A DNA stretch of 64,000 nt. Source: Candidatus Dojkabacteria bacterium (GTDB lineage Bacteria > Patescibacteriota > Dojkabacteria > SC72). Each line of letters begins with the position of its first letter. Positions within the stretch are counted from its first letter, which is position 1. Positions 47,695-57,163 of the stretch are shown here, piece by piece. The translations under genes and the position numbers were made by a program. Where the stretch lies: contig DATERJ010000012.1 of assembly GCA_035271645.1 (NCBI GenBank), positions 93,551-157,550 of the forward strand, in the 5' to 3' direction. The notes beneath the pieces are model-generated. The model was not told the DNA's origin. It ran no database searches and saw only the letters and a program-made list of their open reading frames with translations.

Positions 47695-49347
47695 TTATCC
47701 CTTAGCCACTAAAACAAATCTTTCTATTGTATCTCTACTCATATTCAATGATTTGGGAAGTTGTTCCTCTATTCTATCAACCCACCTACCTTCTAGAAGA
47801 TGTATGTTCTTAATTTCACTTACACTCTCCCCAACACTCATATACAGTTCATCTAAAGTATCCTTACCCTCTTTAGCAGAATGTAAGATTGTATCTTGCA
47901 TAGACTTGCTAACAGAATACTTACCAAAATCTCCAACAAATATATTTGAAAAATATTCTTTTAGGTATGAGGTAGTTATAGAGGTAGTAGGAAATATACC
48001 ATCTTTATTTCTTATCCCATTCAATACCACTTTAGGTTTAACAACCCTATCAAACCCTGCAGAGAGTCTAAGATAATCCAAAGTATTACTATCAGCACCT
48101 GTTGTTTTTAAATATTCCAACACCTCATCAACCTTGCTCTCAAATGAAAGTAGTTCACCTAAGTTACTGTTGCTATCTCTCACTTGTGAGTACTTAAAAA
48201 TATCACTAATCTTTTTAATAATATTATTAGGAATATTACTGTCTCCTACAATCTCTACTATATCATCATCTGATAGGATCCTATCAACATCTTCAGTTGT
48301 ATACTCCTTCTTAACCTCATACTCTAGATTGTAATCATTCTTAAGAAGATACTTTATCTCATTGTACAAAACTACTCCTAATATCGGTTCATCTTTAGTA
48401 AATTCTCCAATCCACATTCTAAGATTTCGCCCTATCCTGTTCTGCTCTTTTGTACTTTTTGTACCCATTCTCTCTTTAAGAGCATTAGCCATCTCTCTAG
48501 CTATCTCTGTATGTACTAACTTCTCAGGCTCATATTGGCCTGGAAAAGTAATGACTTCATTGGTTGATAGTACAAATTTGTATTGTAATGGCTTCTTATC
48601 TCCATCACGACTTTTTTGTTCCACTTCTATTTTGTAGAATGAGGAAGTTAATGATTTATCCTCAAGAAGTAATTTTAAAGCCAGAACACTATCAAATCCA
48701 TGTTTTTCAACAGAATGACCATCGTATGATATTCTTTCTGGATTATCTAAATATATCTGGAAGTACTCTTGTATCTTTGACATATCACCTTTCACATTGG
48801 ATAGGTTAAAACCATACTCTAATTTATTAGAACGGTATACTGGTATTTCTAATCCATTCTTGTCTAAGACAGCAGTACCATCTTCATATCTATATATCTT
48901 CTTCCTTTTTCCATTTGGTCCATTCTCATATTGTAAATATCTAGCTTCTTCCTCATTACTATTTATATGCGAAAGGTCTGGTTTGAGTATTCCGTATGAT
49001 AAATCTCTTCTTCTTACAAATATCATATCTCCATTAAATTTTATACCTTTTGTATGTCTTAAGTATTCTTCTGTAACGATAGTAATACCTTTAGATCTGT
49101 ATACATGAGTATTTACAAAAGCATTACTAACCTCATTACTATCTATACCTTCAATTCTGTTAATATCTAAATTCTTAGTTTCGTATGTCTGAACTCCAAT
49201 TACTAAAGGAAAAGGAAGGTTCTCCTTTATCAGTCGATTGAACTGATCAACTTCTACAGAATTAGAACCAGGTGTTATTAATGATACTGGGGTTGTATCT
49301 AGTTCTGTTTCTTCAGTTTGTAATGTTGGATCATCATCTATACCCAT
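47695..49347 (-). CDS. Hypothetical 550-aa protein (orphan)
   Basis: Long ORF with ordinary coding composition and no recognisable motif. The GCTATGGGTTG promoter module lies ~50 nt upstream. Confidence 0.35.
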   Translation of the reverse strand: MGIDDDPTLQTEETELDTTPVSLITPGSNSVEVDQFNRLIKENLPFPLVIGVQTYETKNLDINRIEGIDSNEVSNAFVNTHVYRSKGITIVTEEYLRHTKGIKFNGDMIFVRRRDLSYGILKPDLSHINSNEEEARYLQYENGPNGKRKKIYRYEDGTAVLDKNGLEIPVYRSNKLEYGFNLSNVKGDMSKIQEYFQIYLDNPERISYDGHSVEKHGFDSVLALKLLLEDKSLTSSFYKIEVEQKSRDGDKKPLQYKFVLSTNEVITFPGQYEPEKLVHTEIAREMANALKERMGTKSTKEQNRIGRNLRMWIGEFTKDEPILGVVLYNEIKYLLKNDYNLEYEVKKEYTTEDVDRILSDDDIVEIVGDSNIPNNIIKKISDIFKYSQVRDSNSNLGELLSFESKVDEVLEYLKTTGADSNTLDYLRLSAGFDRVVKPKVVLNGIRNKDGIFPTTSITTSYLKEYFSNIFVGDFGKYSVSKSMQDTILHSAKEGKDTLDELYMSVGESVSEIKNIHLLEGRWVDRIEEQLPKSLNMSRDTIERFVLVAKG

Positions 49348-49866
49348 ATTTCATATTAACAAAATTAGATGGATATTAGTAGGTAGAAATGATATAATGC
49401 TATGGGTTGAGATCGTTGAAAATGGAGGTGTAGTATTACAAAAAAGATAGTTATTTGGATTGTTGGGAATCAGTACATTGGGGCAAAAGATACATCTGGG
49501 TTAATTTATATTAATTTAACTCAAAATGATTTAATAATTCCCCAATCTGGACATATTGCATATGTTCTTGAAAAGAAGATCATCGGACTTCCTCCGAGGG
49601 TGGATAATGTTCGTTTTGTTGTAGATAACTTTGTTCTTCTTATGTCAGGAAGAAAAGATTTGGTATCTATTGATACTGTAGAACAATTACTATCAAACTC
49701 AACCTAATTGGTAGGTATCTTATATTTTTAACAAGAAGATGCCTACCTTTTCTTTATTCCACCTAGATAGCATATTGATTTACAAAAAAAAGGAGCACCT
49801 CCGGTATAATCACTCAAATGAGTAGATATTGTTTTACCATCAACGGTGCTCGTCTTGCATTAATAG

Positions 49867-50247
49867 TTATTCTGGTGCAATGGTTGCATCCACTTCCTCG
49901 TTTAGTATTTGTACTAATTCGGTTATGGGGTCTATGTGTAGATGAGAGCCAACTGGAAGTGGTTTAACTTCATGGGTTTCACCATACTTCTGAACAATTG
50001 CATTTAGCCAAGTTTCAAAGTTCTCCTTGGTTACTCCCTCTGCTGAAATATCTGCCAACCAAGGCATTTGTTCCAAAAGAAATGGTTGGCACTCTTTAGA
50101 TGCTCTTGGTAATTGGTGGGTAAATAGGTTGTCATTTGTCATAAAGTTGAGTATTGCATAAACACCCTCCATATGACTAGGGGCCAGTAGATATCCAGTG
50201 GTGACTGACAAAATATCCCCAATGTGAAAAGCTTTAGATTTAGACAT
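49867..50247 (-). CDS. Hypothetical 126-aa protein (orphan)
   Basis: Preceded by duplicated promoter/leader module copy A. Confidence 0.35.
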   Translation of the reverse strand: MSKSKAFHIGDILSVTTGYLLAPSHMEGVYAILNFMTNDNLFTHQLPRASKECQPFLLEQMPWLADISAEGVTKENFETWLNAIVQKYGETHEVKPLPVGSHLHIDPITELVQILNEEVDATIAPE

Positions 50248-50284
50248 ATTTTTATTCTCCTTGTTTCTTTGTTGTTTTTAACAT

Positions 50285-50585
50285 ATCCGAATGGATAGCT
50301 TATTAACTATTAGATTAGTAATAAGTAATAGGCTACCCACTCAAGATTAAAAAAGAGAGAACCCCAATAAACTATTAAAGTGCAAGTATTTATATTATAT
50401 CATAAAATGAAGAGAAATGCTATGGGTTGTGAGTTGGTTGACATAATTATGAACTTAGAACTGTAAGAGATTTTTTATCTTGAAAATGTGCTTAAGGAAA
50501 GAATGTTGTTTTATAAAGAAGAAAAGCCTGAAGGTTTATGAGATAGATGGATAGTATACACTACACGGGAATCCCTACTTCAGGC
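50285..50585. repeat. ~300-bp promoter/leader/3'-hairpin module, copy A
   Basis: Shares with copy B ATCCGAATGGATAGC…GCTACCCACTC (a hairpin-forming leader), TTAAAGTGCAAGT, the ATTATATCATAAAA -10, CTATGGGTTG and a near-identical 165-nt tail ending in the AGCCTGAAG…CTTCAGGCT stem. Confidence 0.8.
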
Positions 50586-50603
50586 TATTCTTGCACTTAT
50601 TTA

Positions 50604-51215
50604 TTAATCAAATGTGGAAGTTACCTCCAAGACATACTTTTTGTCAGCATTTTTTACGATTGCTGCTGTAGTTAGTGCTCCCCCTCCTATTGCAAGGATA
50701 ACTAATAAGATTATTAGGAATCCTGCAGCAGAGTCCTTACTACTACGTCTTTTATTACTTTTACTACCCCCTAAGAAGAAATCTGTAACACTTTGAAATG
50801 CTCCAGGTGTATGTTTAGCTGCAGACCATATATTTCGTGCCTGAGCGTAAGTATTCCAGCCAGCTACAGCAATATCTCCAAATTGTCTTTTTTTCCAAGC
50901 ATTAATAATAGAGTGAACCCAAATCACAGTTCCACTTGTAAGTAATGCAGGGATTAAAATGAGATATCCTAGGTTGAACATCACCGAGGCTTGATCGGGA
51001 GTTAAATATTCTAATGCTGTAGCACCAATTGTCAGAATAGTCAGATATACCCAAGTAAATCCAACTGCTGACATAACAACACTGGCCCAAACAAGAACTC
51101 TTGGCCAGCCTTTGATAATCTTTACTTCGGTCCAAAATCGACCAGCACTCCAAGCATTCCACCACGAAATGCCGAAGTTCAACAACAGACATAACAACAA
51201 AATTAATGGGTTCAT
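50604..51215 (-). CDS. Hypothetical 5-TM membrane protein (Trp-rich)
   Basis: 203 aa with hydrophobic helices. It is flanked on both sides by the duplicated module. Confidence 0.4.
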   Translation of the reverse strand: MNPLILLLCLLLNFGISWWNAWSAGRFWTEVKIIKGWPRVLVWASVVMSAVGFTWVYLTILTIGATALEYLTPDQASVMFNLGYLILIPALLTSGTVIWVHSIINAWKKRQFGDIAVAGWNTYAQARNIWSAAKHTPGAFQSVTDFFLGGSKSNKRRSSKDSAAGFLIILLVILAIGGGALTTAAIVKNADKKYVLEVTSTFD

Positions 51216-51262
51216 TATTTATTCTTCTCCTTTACATGGTAATTTACTGCAATTTGCAGGCA

Positions 51263-51569
51263 ATCCGAATGGATAGCTTCTGAGGTATTAGGAGATTACT
51301 TAATACCGTAGAAGCTACCCACTCTTTTTGAGAGTAAAATGAGAAGTAACCTTCCATCGATTGTTAAAGTGCAAGTGGTTACATTATATCATAAAACGAG
51401 AAACAACACTATAGGTTGTAGGTCAATTGGTTGACATAATTATGAACTTGGAACGGTCAGAGATTTTTTTATCTTGAAAATGTGCTTAAGGAAAGAATGT
51501 TGTTTTATAAAGAAGAAAAGCCTGAAGGTTTATGAGATAGATGGGTAGTATACACTACACGGGAATCCC
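51263..51569. repeat. ~300-bp promoter/leader/3'-hairpin module, copy B
   Basis: See copy A. The distal 165 nt are ~97% identical, and the leader hairpin keeps its base-pairing through compensatory substitutions. Confidence 0.8.
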
Positions 51570-51601
51570 TACTTCAGGCTCTGTCTTTAACAAACTGATA
51601 T

Positions 51602-52030
51602 TTACTCTTTCCTGTGGCTAATATGGCCATAGATACGATATGGATAACCATTTCCGCGGTTGACACCAGCAATTATATGAACCAATTGAAGAGCAGGATT
51701 GTTATAATACCTTCTCAAATAATCTTCATATAATGCAGGGGTTCCTTCTGGGAAATTCTTACTTGCTTCCTGAAAAGACTCTTGAGATTTCTTGTAATCC
51801 CATTCATACAGTTGGTCAGAATAAACGTAATTGACACCAACCACAATATCGCTCCCGAATGAGGAAATCAATTCATTGCCAGGGGCTAGAAAGATGGTTT
51901 GCTCGTTGTTGTGAAAGCGACCGTCTGAGTAATGGGGATTCAAGAGATTCCAAGTTATAGGCGTGTTTTTATCTGTTTCAACATGAATAATTTGTCGAGT
52001 CATTTTCTTTTCCTTTCTAGTTGAGAACAA
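51602..52030 (-). CDS. Hypothetical 142-aa protein (orphan)
   Basis: Located immediately downstream (on the minus strand) of tRNA-His and the GCTATGGGTTG/TATAAT module. Confidence 0.35.
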   Translation of the reverse strand: MFSTRKEKKMTRQIIHVETDKNTPITWNLLNPHYSDGRFHNNEQTIFLAPGNELISSFGSDIVVGVNYVYSDQLYEWDYKKSQESFQEASKNFPEGTPALYEDYLRRYYNNPALQLVHIIAGVNRGNGYPYRIYGHISHRKE

Positions 52031-52106
52031 ACGGATCGAGTAAACTTTTTAGTTGTTAAATAACTCTATAATTATATCAAAGAACAGGGGAAATTGCTAT
52101 GGGTTG

Positions 52107-52184
52107 TGGGGTGGAAGATGGGACTTGAACCCACAACCTCTGGTGCCACAAACCAGCGCTCTAACCAGTTGAGCTACATCCACC
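52107..52184 (-). tRNA. tRNA-His (anticodon GTG), G-1 and CCA encoded
   Basis: Reverse complement G-GTGGATGTAGCTCAACTGGTTAGAGCGCTGGTTTGTGGCACCAGAGGTTGTGGGTTCAAGTCCCATCTTCCACC-C-CCA. The extra 5' G pairs with C73, as is typical of tRNA-His. Confidence 0.85.
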
Positions 52185-52310
52185 ATATTCGTATATATTA
52201 TTATACTACATAATCTGTCCCTTAGCTATTGGTACTTGTGATTTTATCTCTTGAGTGTTATGATTATCTGCTATTTGATTTCCAAATATTTTAATTAGCT
52301 ATTTAATACA

Positions 52311-52772
52311 ATGAAAGACAACAAACTAATCATCTCTAAAGATATGTTTGCTAAACTTAAAGAAGAACTCAGGAAGCTCCTAGAGACTAGGAAGGAACTA
52401 AACAAAAACTTGGAACATGCTAGACAGAGTGATGTTAGCGAAGATACTGATTCCATTGCTGCTGTTACAGATGAGATAAGTAAGATTAATATGAAGGTTG
52501 AGGATATTGAGGAAACTCTCGAGCACGCAACTGTTATGGAGAAGAAAGGAAAAAAGACATGTGTTGATATAGGGTCTGTTGTAAAAGTAAAAACTAATGG
52601 TAAGACTCAGGAGTTTACAGTAGTTTCTGATGTAGAAGCTAATCCCTTAGAAAGAAAGATTTCAGATAAATCTCCATTAGGTAAACAATTGATGAATGGT
52701 AAAAAGGGGAAGAAAGTTGTAGTTAAAACAGAAGATGGAGATGTTGAATATGAGATAGTCGAGGTTTCTTAG
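52311..52772 (+). CDS. greA: Transcription elongation factor GreA
   Basis: N-terminal coiled-coil plus C-terminal FKBP-like ISDKSPLGKQLMNGKKGKKVVVKTEDGDVEYEIVEV. Confidence 0.8.
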   Translation: MKDNKLIISKDMFAKLKEELRKLLETRKELNKNLEHARQSDVSEDTDSIAAVTDEISKINMKVEDIEETLEHATVMEKKGKKTCVDIGSVVKVKTNGKTQEFTVVSDVEANPLERKISDKSPLGKQLMNGKKGKKVVVKTEDGDVEYEIVEVS

Positions 52773-54082
52773 GCTATATATTCATCTAAATCCTCAATCT
52801 TTACTCTTTCCTGTTTCATTGTATCTCTATCTCTTACAGTAACAGTATTGTTTTCTAATGTCTCATAATCAATTGTGATACAGTAAGGTGTCCCAATTTC
52901 ATCTTGATATCTGTATCTCTTACCAATATTTCCTCTACCATCCCATACAACTTTGTAAGAATCAGAGAGCAAGTCAAAGACCTCTCTTGCTTTCTTAACA
53001 ATATCTTCCTTGTTTCCAACAAGTGGAAATATTGCAGCTCTGTATGCAGCAATATCTTTGTGTATCTTTAATACTGTCCTAATATTTCCTCCACCCAAAT
53101 CTTCTTCTTCGTATGCATCAAGGAGAAGGTAGAGGAATGTTCTAGTAACACCACCAGATGTTTCTACAATGTTTGGAATATATTTTTCATTTGTAATTGG
53201 GTCTGTATATGTTAAATCTGTTCCTGAGAACTTCATATGTTGTGTTAAATCATAGTCACCTCTCCAATGTATACCTTCATTCTCAGCCCATCCCCAAGGA
53301 GTTAAATATTCAATATCGTATGCATCTTTAGCATAGAAGACTAACTTGTCTTTTGGATGCTGATAGAATCTAAGATTGTCATGTTTTCTGTAAAGTTCTT
53401 TGTAGAACTTCATTCTTTCTTCTTTCCAATATTCAAAATATTTCCCCATATCATTAGGATGCACAAAGAATTGTAAATCCCACTGTTCAAACTCTCTCAC
53501 TCTAAAGGTAAATCTTCCAGGAGTAATCTCATTTCTAAATGCTTTACCTATCTGTGCAATACCAAAAGGAATCTGTTGCCTTGTACTATCTACAACATTC
53601 TTAAAGTTTAGATATATATTTTGGCATGCTTCACCTCTTAGATATGCTTTTACTTTAGAACCTTCAATTACACCAACTTCTGTTGCAAAGAGAAGATTAT
53701 ATGACCTGGGTTCTGTAAAATCTTTCTTACCACAGTTTGGACACTTCTCTTCAATATCTTCAGGTCTAAATCTCTGATGACAACCCTTACATTCAACTAC
53801 CTCATCACCAAAATTTTCTACATGACCTGATGCTTCCCAAACCTTAGGATGTGTAATGATTGTTCCATCAATTCCAACAACATTCTCCCTTTTATCAACC
53901 ATATTCTTCCACCAGTACCTCTTAAGGTTGTTCAACATCTCAACACCTACAGGACCGTAGTCATAGAAGCCCCCTATACCTCCATATATCTCTGAATTTG
54001 GGTATATTATCCCTCTTCTCTTACAAAGGGCAACTATATTATCAAGTGTATTTTTATCTTCCATGGATTTATTATATATCAA
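52769..54082 (-). CDS. glyQS: Glycine--tRNA ligase, dimeric alpha2 type
   Basis: N-terminal …CKRRGIIYPNSEIYGGIGGFYDYGPVG… and class II aaRS motifs; 437 aa. Confidence 0.85.
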   Translation of the reverse strand: MIYNKSMEDKNTLDNIVALCKRRGIIYPNSEIYGGIGGFYDYGPVGVEMLNNLKRYWWKNMVDKRENVVGIDGTIITHPKVWEASGHVENFGDEVVECKGCHQRFRPEDIEEKCPNCGKKDFTEPRSYNLLFATEVGVIEGSKVKAYLRGEACQNIYLNFKNVVDSTRQQIPFGIAQIGKAFRNEITPGRFTFRVREFEQWDLQFFVHPNDMGKYFEYWKEERMKFYKELYRKHDNLRFYQHPKDKLVFYAKDAYDIEYLTPWGWAENEGIHWRGDYDLTQHMKFSGTDLTYTDPITNEKYIPNIVETSGGVTRTFLYLLLDAYEEEDLGGGNIRTVLKIHKDIAAYRAAIFPLVGNKEDIVKKAREVFDLLSDSYKVVWDGRGNIGKRYRYQDEIGTPYCITIDYETLENNTVTVRDRDTMKQERVKIEDLDEYIA

Positions 54083-54159
54083 ATATTTAAGTAAACCAAT
54101 ATTTTTAATTAAAAACTATACATCATTGCTTCTTTCTTCATATTCCAATATATTAATAT

Positions 54160-55110
54160 ATGTCTTCATTAAAGAAACCTAAGGAAACAGTATCCATATC
54201 TCTAGGAGCAGTATTAGGTATTGTGGTAAGTATTCTCTTAGTTCCCCTCTCCCTTTACCTTGTTCATAGGGAAGAACAGAGGTATGTAAAGCAGGTGGAA
54301 GGTCCTGATGTCAAAGGAGTTGAAATAGATAGTACAGAAAGTATCCCTGCTTCCGAAGTAATAGAAGGGATTAATCTTCTAGGCAAAACAGAAGAATACT
54401 TTGTAAGAATGAGTTTTGAGGGAGTGTACAAAACAATATCACATGAGGATTTCTCTACATTCATTACAGATACAGATTTAGATAGGGAGAAGTTTGATGA
54501 TTATGTAAATGAGAAAATAGCCCCATATTTTGATACAATCTTTGGAGAGAAGGAGCTAGTGAAGAACAGTAAAGGACAATTCTATACTCGTAAGGGCGAC
54601 ATTGCTCCTGACTTTTCAACTCTTTATGACAAAGTAAATAGTGCTTATCTTAATGGTGAAAAGGATATACGTGTTCAGATAGATGGTGGACAGATGCCAG
54701 GAACAGATGGTAGGTATGCAGGGAAATATATGGAGGTAGATAATTCTCAACAGAAGCTTTATGTCTGGAAAGATGGAGTTGTTGAGAAGGTAATTGGTTT
54801 GTCAGGTCCAGTATATGGTTTTCAGGTGTATGGTGTTTTTCCCATTGTTGACAAAGGGAGAGAACCGATAGCACCAGGAGGAAAATATATGCCATATTGG
54901 ATGGCTTTCCATTATAGTCGCAAGCAGGACTCTTGGTATGGATTACACGGATTAATCTGGATGTACAAAGAAGATGGAAGTAAATGGTTTGAACCTGAGA
55001 GCAACATATATACTCGACAGAGTGCAGGATGTATTAGAATGGTTGTAAAAGATGCTAAGTATCTCTATGAGAATTTTCAGAAAGGAGACCTTCTGCTAAT
55101 ACATGAGTAG
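54160..55110 (+). CDS. L,D-transpeptidase (YkuD domain), membrane-anchored
   Basis: C-terminal catalytic HGL…SAGCIRM motif and N-terminal TM helix. Confidence 0.75.
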   Translation: MSSLKKPKETVSISLGAVLGIVVSILLVPLSLYLVHREEQRYVKQVEGPDVKGVEIDSTESIPASEVIEGINLLGKTEEYFVRMSFEGVYKTISHEDFSTFITDTDLDREKFDDYVNEKIAPYFDTIFGEKELVKNSKGQFYTRKGDIAPDFSTLYDKVNSAYLNGEKDIRVQIDGGQMPGTDGRYAGKYMEVDNSQQKLYVWKDGVVEKVIGLSGPVYGFQVYGVFPIVDKGREPIAPGGKYMPYWMAFHYSRKQDSWYGLHGLIWMYKEDGSKWFEPESNIYTRQSAGCIRMVVKDAKYLYENFQKGDLLLIHE

Positions 55111-55123
55111 TTTTTACTTCCCC

Positions 55124-56908
55124 CTATTTAACTGTAACAGATTTTGCTAAGTTCCTAGGTTTATCTATATTATTCCCTAATACAAGCGAGAGATAGTATG
55201 AGATCAATTGAAAAGGTATTACATTAGCAATACTTGAGATATTCTCTATCTGTGGAACAACAATATATCTATCAAACACCTCATTCTTCTGGAAATCTTT
55301 TGAACCTACCCCTATGGTAAGAGCTCCCCTACTTTTAACCTGTTCCATTGCACTAATTAGGTCACTACTTTCATTATGTTTTTTCTCTGGCATTATTCCA
55401 AACACTACTGTCCCCTTCTCTATCAGCGCTATGACACCGTGCTTTAACTCACCAGCAGCGAAGCCTTCTACATGTTTGTAAGATATCTCTTTAATCTTTA
55501 GAGCACCTTCTAGGGCAATACAGGAGTTCTCACCTTTACCTAAGATAAAGGCATGGTCTTTCTTTTTCATTAAGTTACCAACAGATTTAGTTTGTGCAAG
55601 AGCTTCTTTTGTGAATAGTTTACTTAACTGTCTTGTAAGCTTTTTGATATTCATTTGAGCTTCTTTGTATTGCTTAACTAAGACCATTGCAAGTAAGTAT
55701 CCCCATGCACATTGAGCAGTAAAGACCTTTGTCGAAGCAACACATATCTCTGGACCCGAGTTAGTGTAGTATTCATAGTCTGACATTCGACTAATTGTTG
55801 TACCAAACATATTAACAATACTGGCTACTTTACATCCTTTCTTCTTCAAGGCATCTATGGCTTCAATTGTATCAGCTGTTTCCCCACTTTGAGAGAATGC
55901 AATTACAACATCTCTCTTCTTAATTATCGGTAAGTATGAATTATATTCATAGCTCTTTATCTCTTGAGCATCTATCTTTGCAATATTTCTTAAGAAATAT
56001 GCAACTTGTCCTGCAGCAAAACCAGCTGTTCCTGCTCCTACTGTATATACCCTTTTAGCTTTCTTAATTGCTTGTGTAAGGGGTTTTAAGTCCTTCTCAG
56101 TATATTCTGTTGCTAAAGGTATTGTTTTCTTTTGATCTACAATTTCTTTGATCATAAAATGCTTGAATTTACCTTTGTCTATTTCACTAAATTGGTGCTT
56201 TAATTCTTTTACCACTATATTCTTCTTCCCTTTTTTCATTAAGTTTTTAATCTTAATATCTGTTCCGTCTATCTCAACCATATCGTAGTCATCTAAGAGA
56301 ATAACCTTGTTTGTTGCTGTTGAGAAAGAGAGGGTGTCAGATGCTAAATATGTACCATCTTCAGCTACACCTAATACTAAAGGTGAACCATTCCTAACTG
56401 CATATATCTTTCCACTCTTACTATCTAAAACAGCAATGGTATTTCTTCCTTCTAGTCTCTTAAAAACAGTTACAATTGCATCTTTTAATGTTTTTTTCTT
56501 AACTAATTCTTGTTCAATTAGTTTTACTATTACCTCTGTATCTGTTTGGGATACAAACTTTTCTTTCTTTTTTAGTAATTCTTTTTTTAATGAATCAAAA
56601 TTCTCAACAATACCATTCTGAACAAGTGTAAATTCATTGTGAGATGAGAGATGAGGATGAGCATTTTTTACAGTAACACCACCATGTGTAGCCCATCTAG
56701 TGTGACCTATACCTACAATTCCATCTTGAAGTTTTGTTAACTTATCATCTTTTTTAATCTCTCCGATATTCTTGTATTGATATATCTTGTTTTCATTAAG
56801 TATTGCTATCCCCCACGAATCATATCCTCTATATTCCAACCTCTTTAATCCATTAAATATCGCTTCTTTAGTTTTCTTCTCTCCTGAATATCCAAAAATA
56901 CCGCACAT
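55124..56908 (-). CDS. glmS: Glutamine--fructose-6-phosphate aminotransferase
   Basis: MCGIFGY N-terminal nucleophile and two SIS domains; 594 aa. Confidence 0.9.
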   Translation of the reverse strand: MCGIFGYSGEKKTKEAIFNGLKRLEYRGYDSWGIAILNENKIYQYKNIGEIKKDDKLTKLQDGIVGIGHTRWATHGGVTVKNAHPHLSSHNEFTLVQNGIVENFDSLKKELLKKKEKFVSQTDTEVIVKLIEQELVKKKTLKDAIVTVFKRLEGRNTIAVLDSKSGKIYAVRNGSPLVLGVAEDGTYLASDTLSFSTATNKVILLDDYDMVEIDGTDIKIKNLMKKGKKNIVVKELKHQFSEIDKGKFKHFMIKEIVDQKKTIPLATEYTEKDLKPLTQAIKKAKRVYTVGAGTAGFAAGQVAYFLRNIAKIDAQEIKSYEYNSYLPIIKKRDVVIAFSQSGETADTIEAIDALKKKGCKVASIVNMFGTTISRMSDYEYYTNSGPEICVASTKVFTAQCAWGYLLAMVLVKQYKEAQMNIKKLTRQLSKLFTKEALAQTKSVGNLMKKKDHAFILGKGENSCIALEGALKIKEISYKHVEGFAAGELKHGVIALIEKGTVVFGIMPEKKHNESSDLISAMEQVKSRGALTIGVGSKDFQKNEVFDRYIVVPQIENISSIANVIPFQLISYYLSLVLGNNIDKPRNLAKSVTVK

Positions 56909-57163
56909 ATTTGTGTAGCTTTAATTTATCTAAAAGGGAATTGTTGATTACCTCTTTGTTGAATTGTAGGTAATCTTTAGGTCAACAATATGACCTGAGA
57001 GTATCCGCTGATTATCCGACTGCTCTCTCCTCGTAGTAGTTCCTAGCTACCCATACGCTATTTATGTTAAATATCCCTTGGGTATATATTACAGGATTAA
57101 AGTTTTAGGTCAAGTTTGCTATATATCCTTTGTCATATTAATATCAATATTGTATATTTAAAT

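Noticed and set aside
50419-50585. Conserved 165-nt tail of the duplicated module as a plus-strand sRNA gene with its own promoter
   Set aside because: Equally well explained as the 3' UTR and terminator region of the upstream minus-strand gene. Orientation cannot be resolved from sequence alone, so it is reported within the cassette finding rather than as a feature.
52096-52106. GCTATGGGTTG copies as att-site duplications of the tRNA-His 3' end marking an integrated element
   Set aside because: Only the tRNA trailer, not tRNA body sequence, is shared. The copies are in promoter context with fixed spacing to -10 boxes, and no integrase is present.
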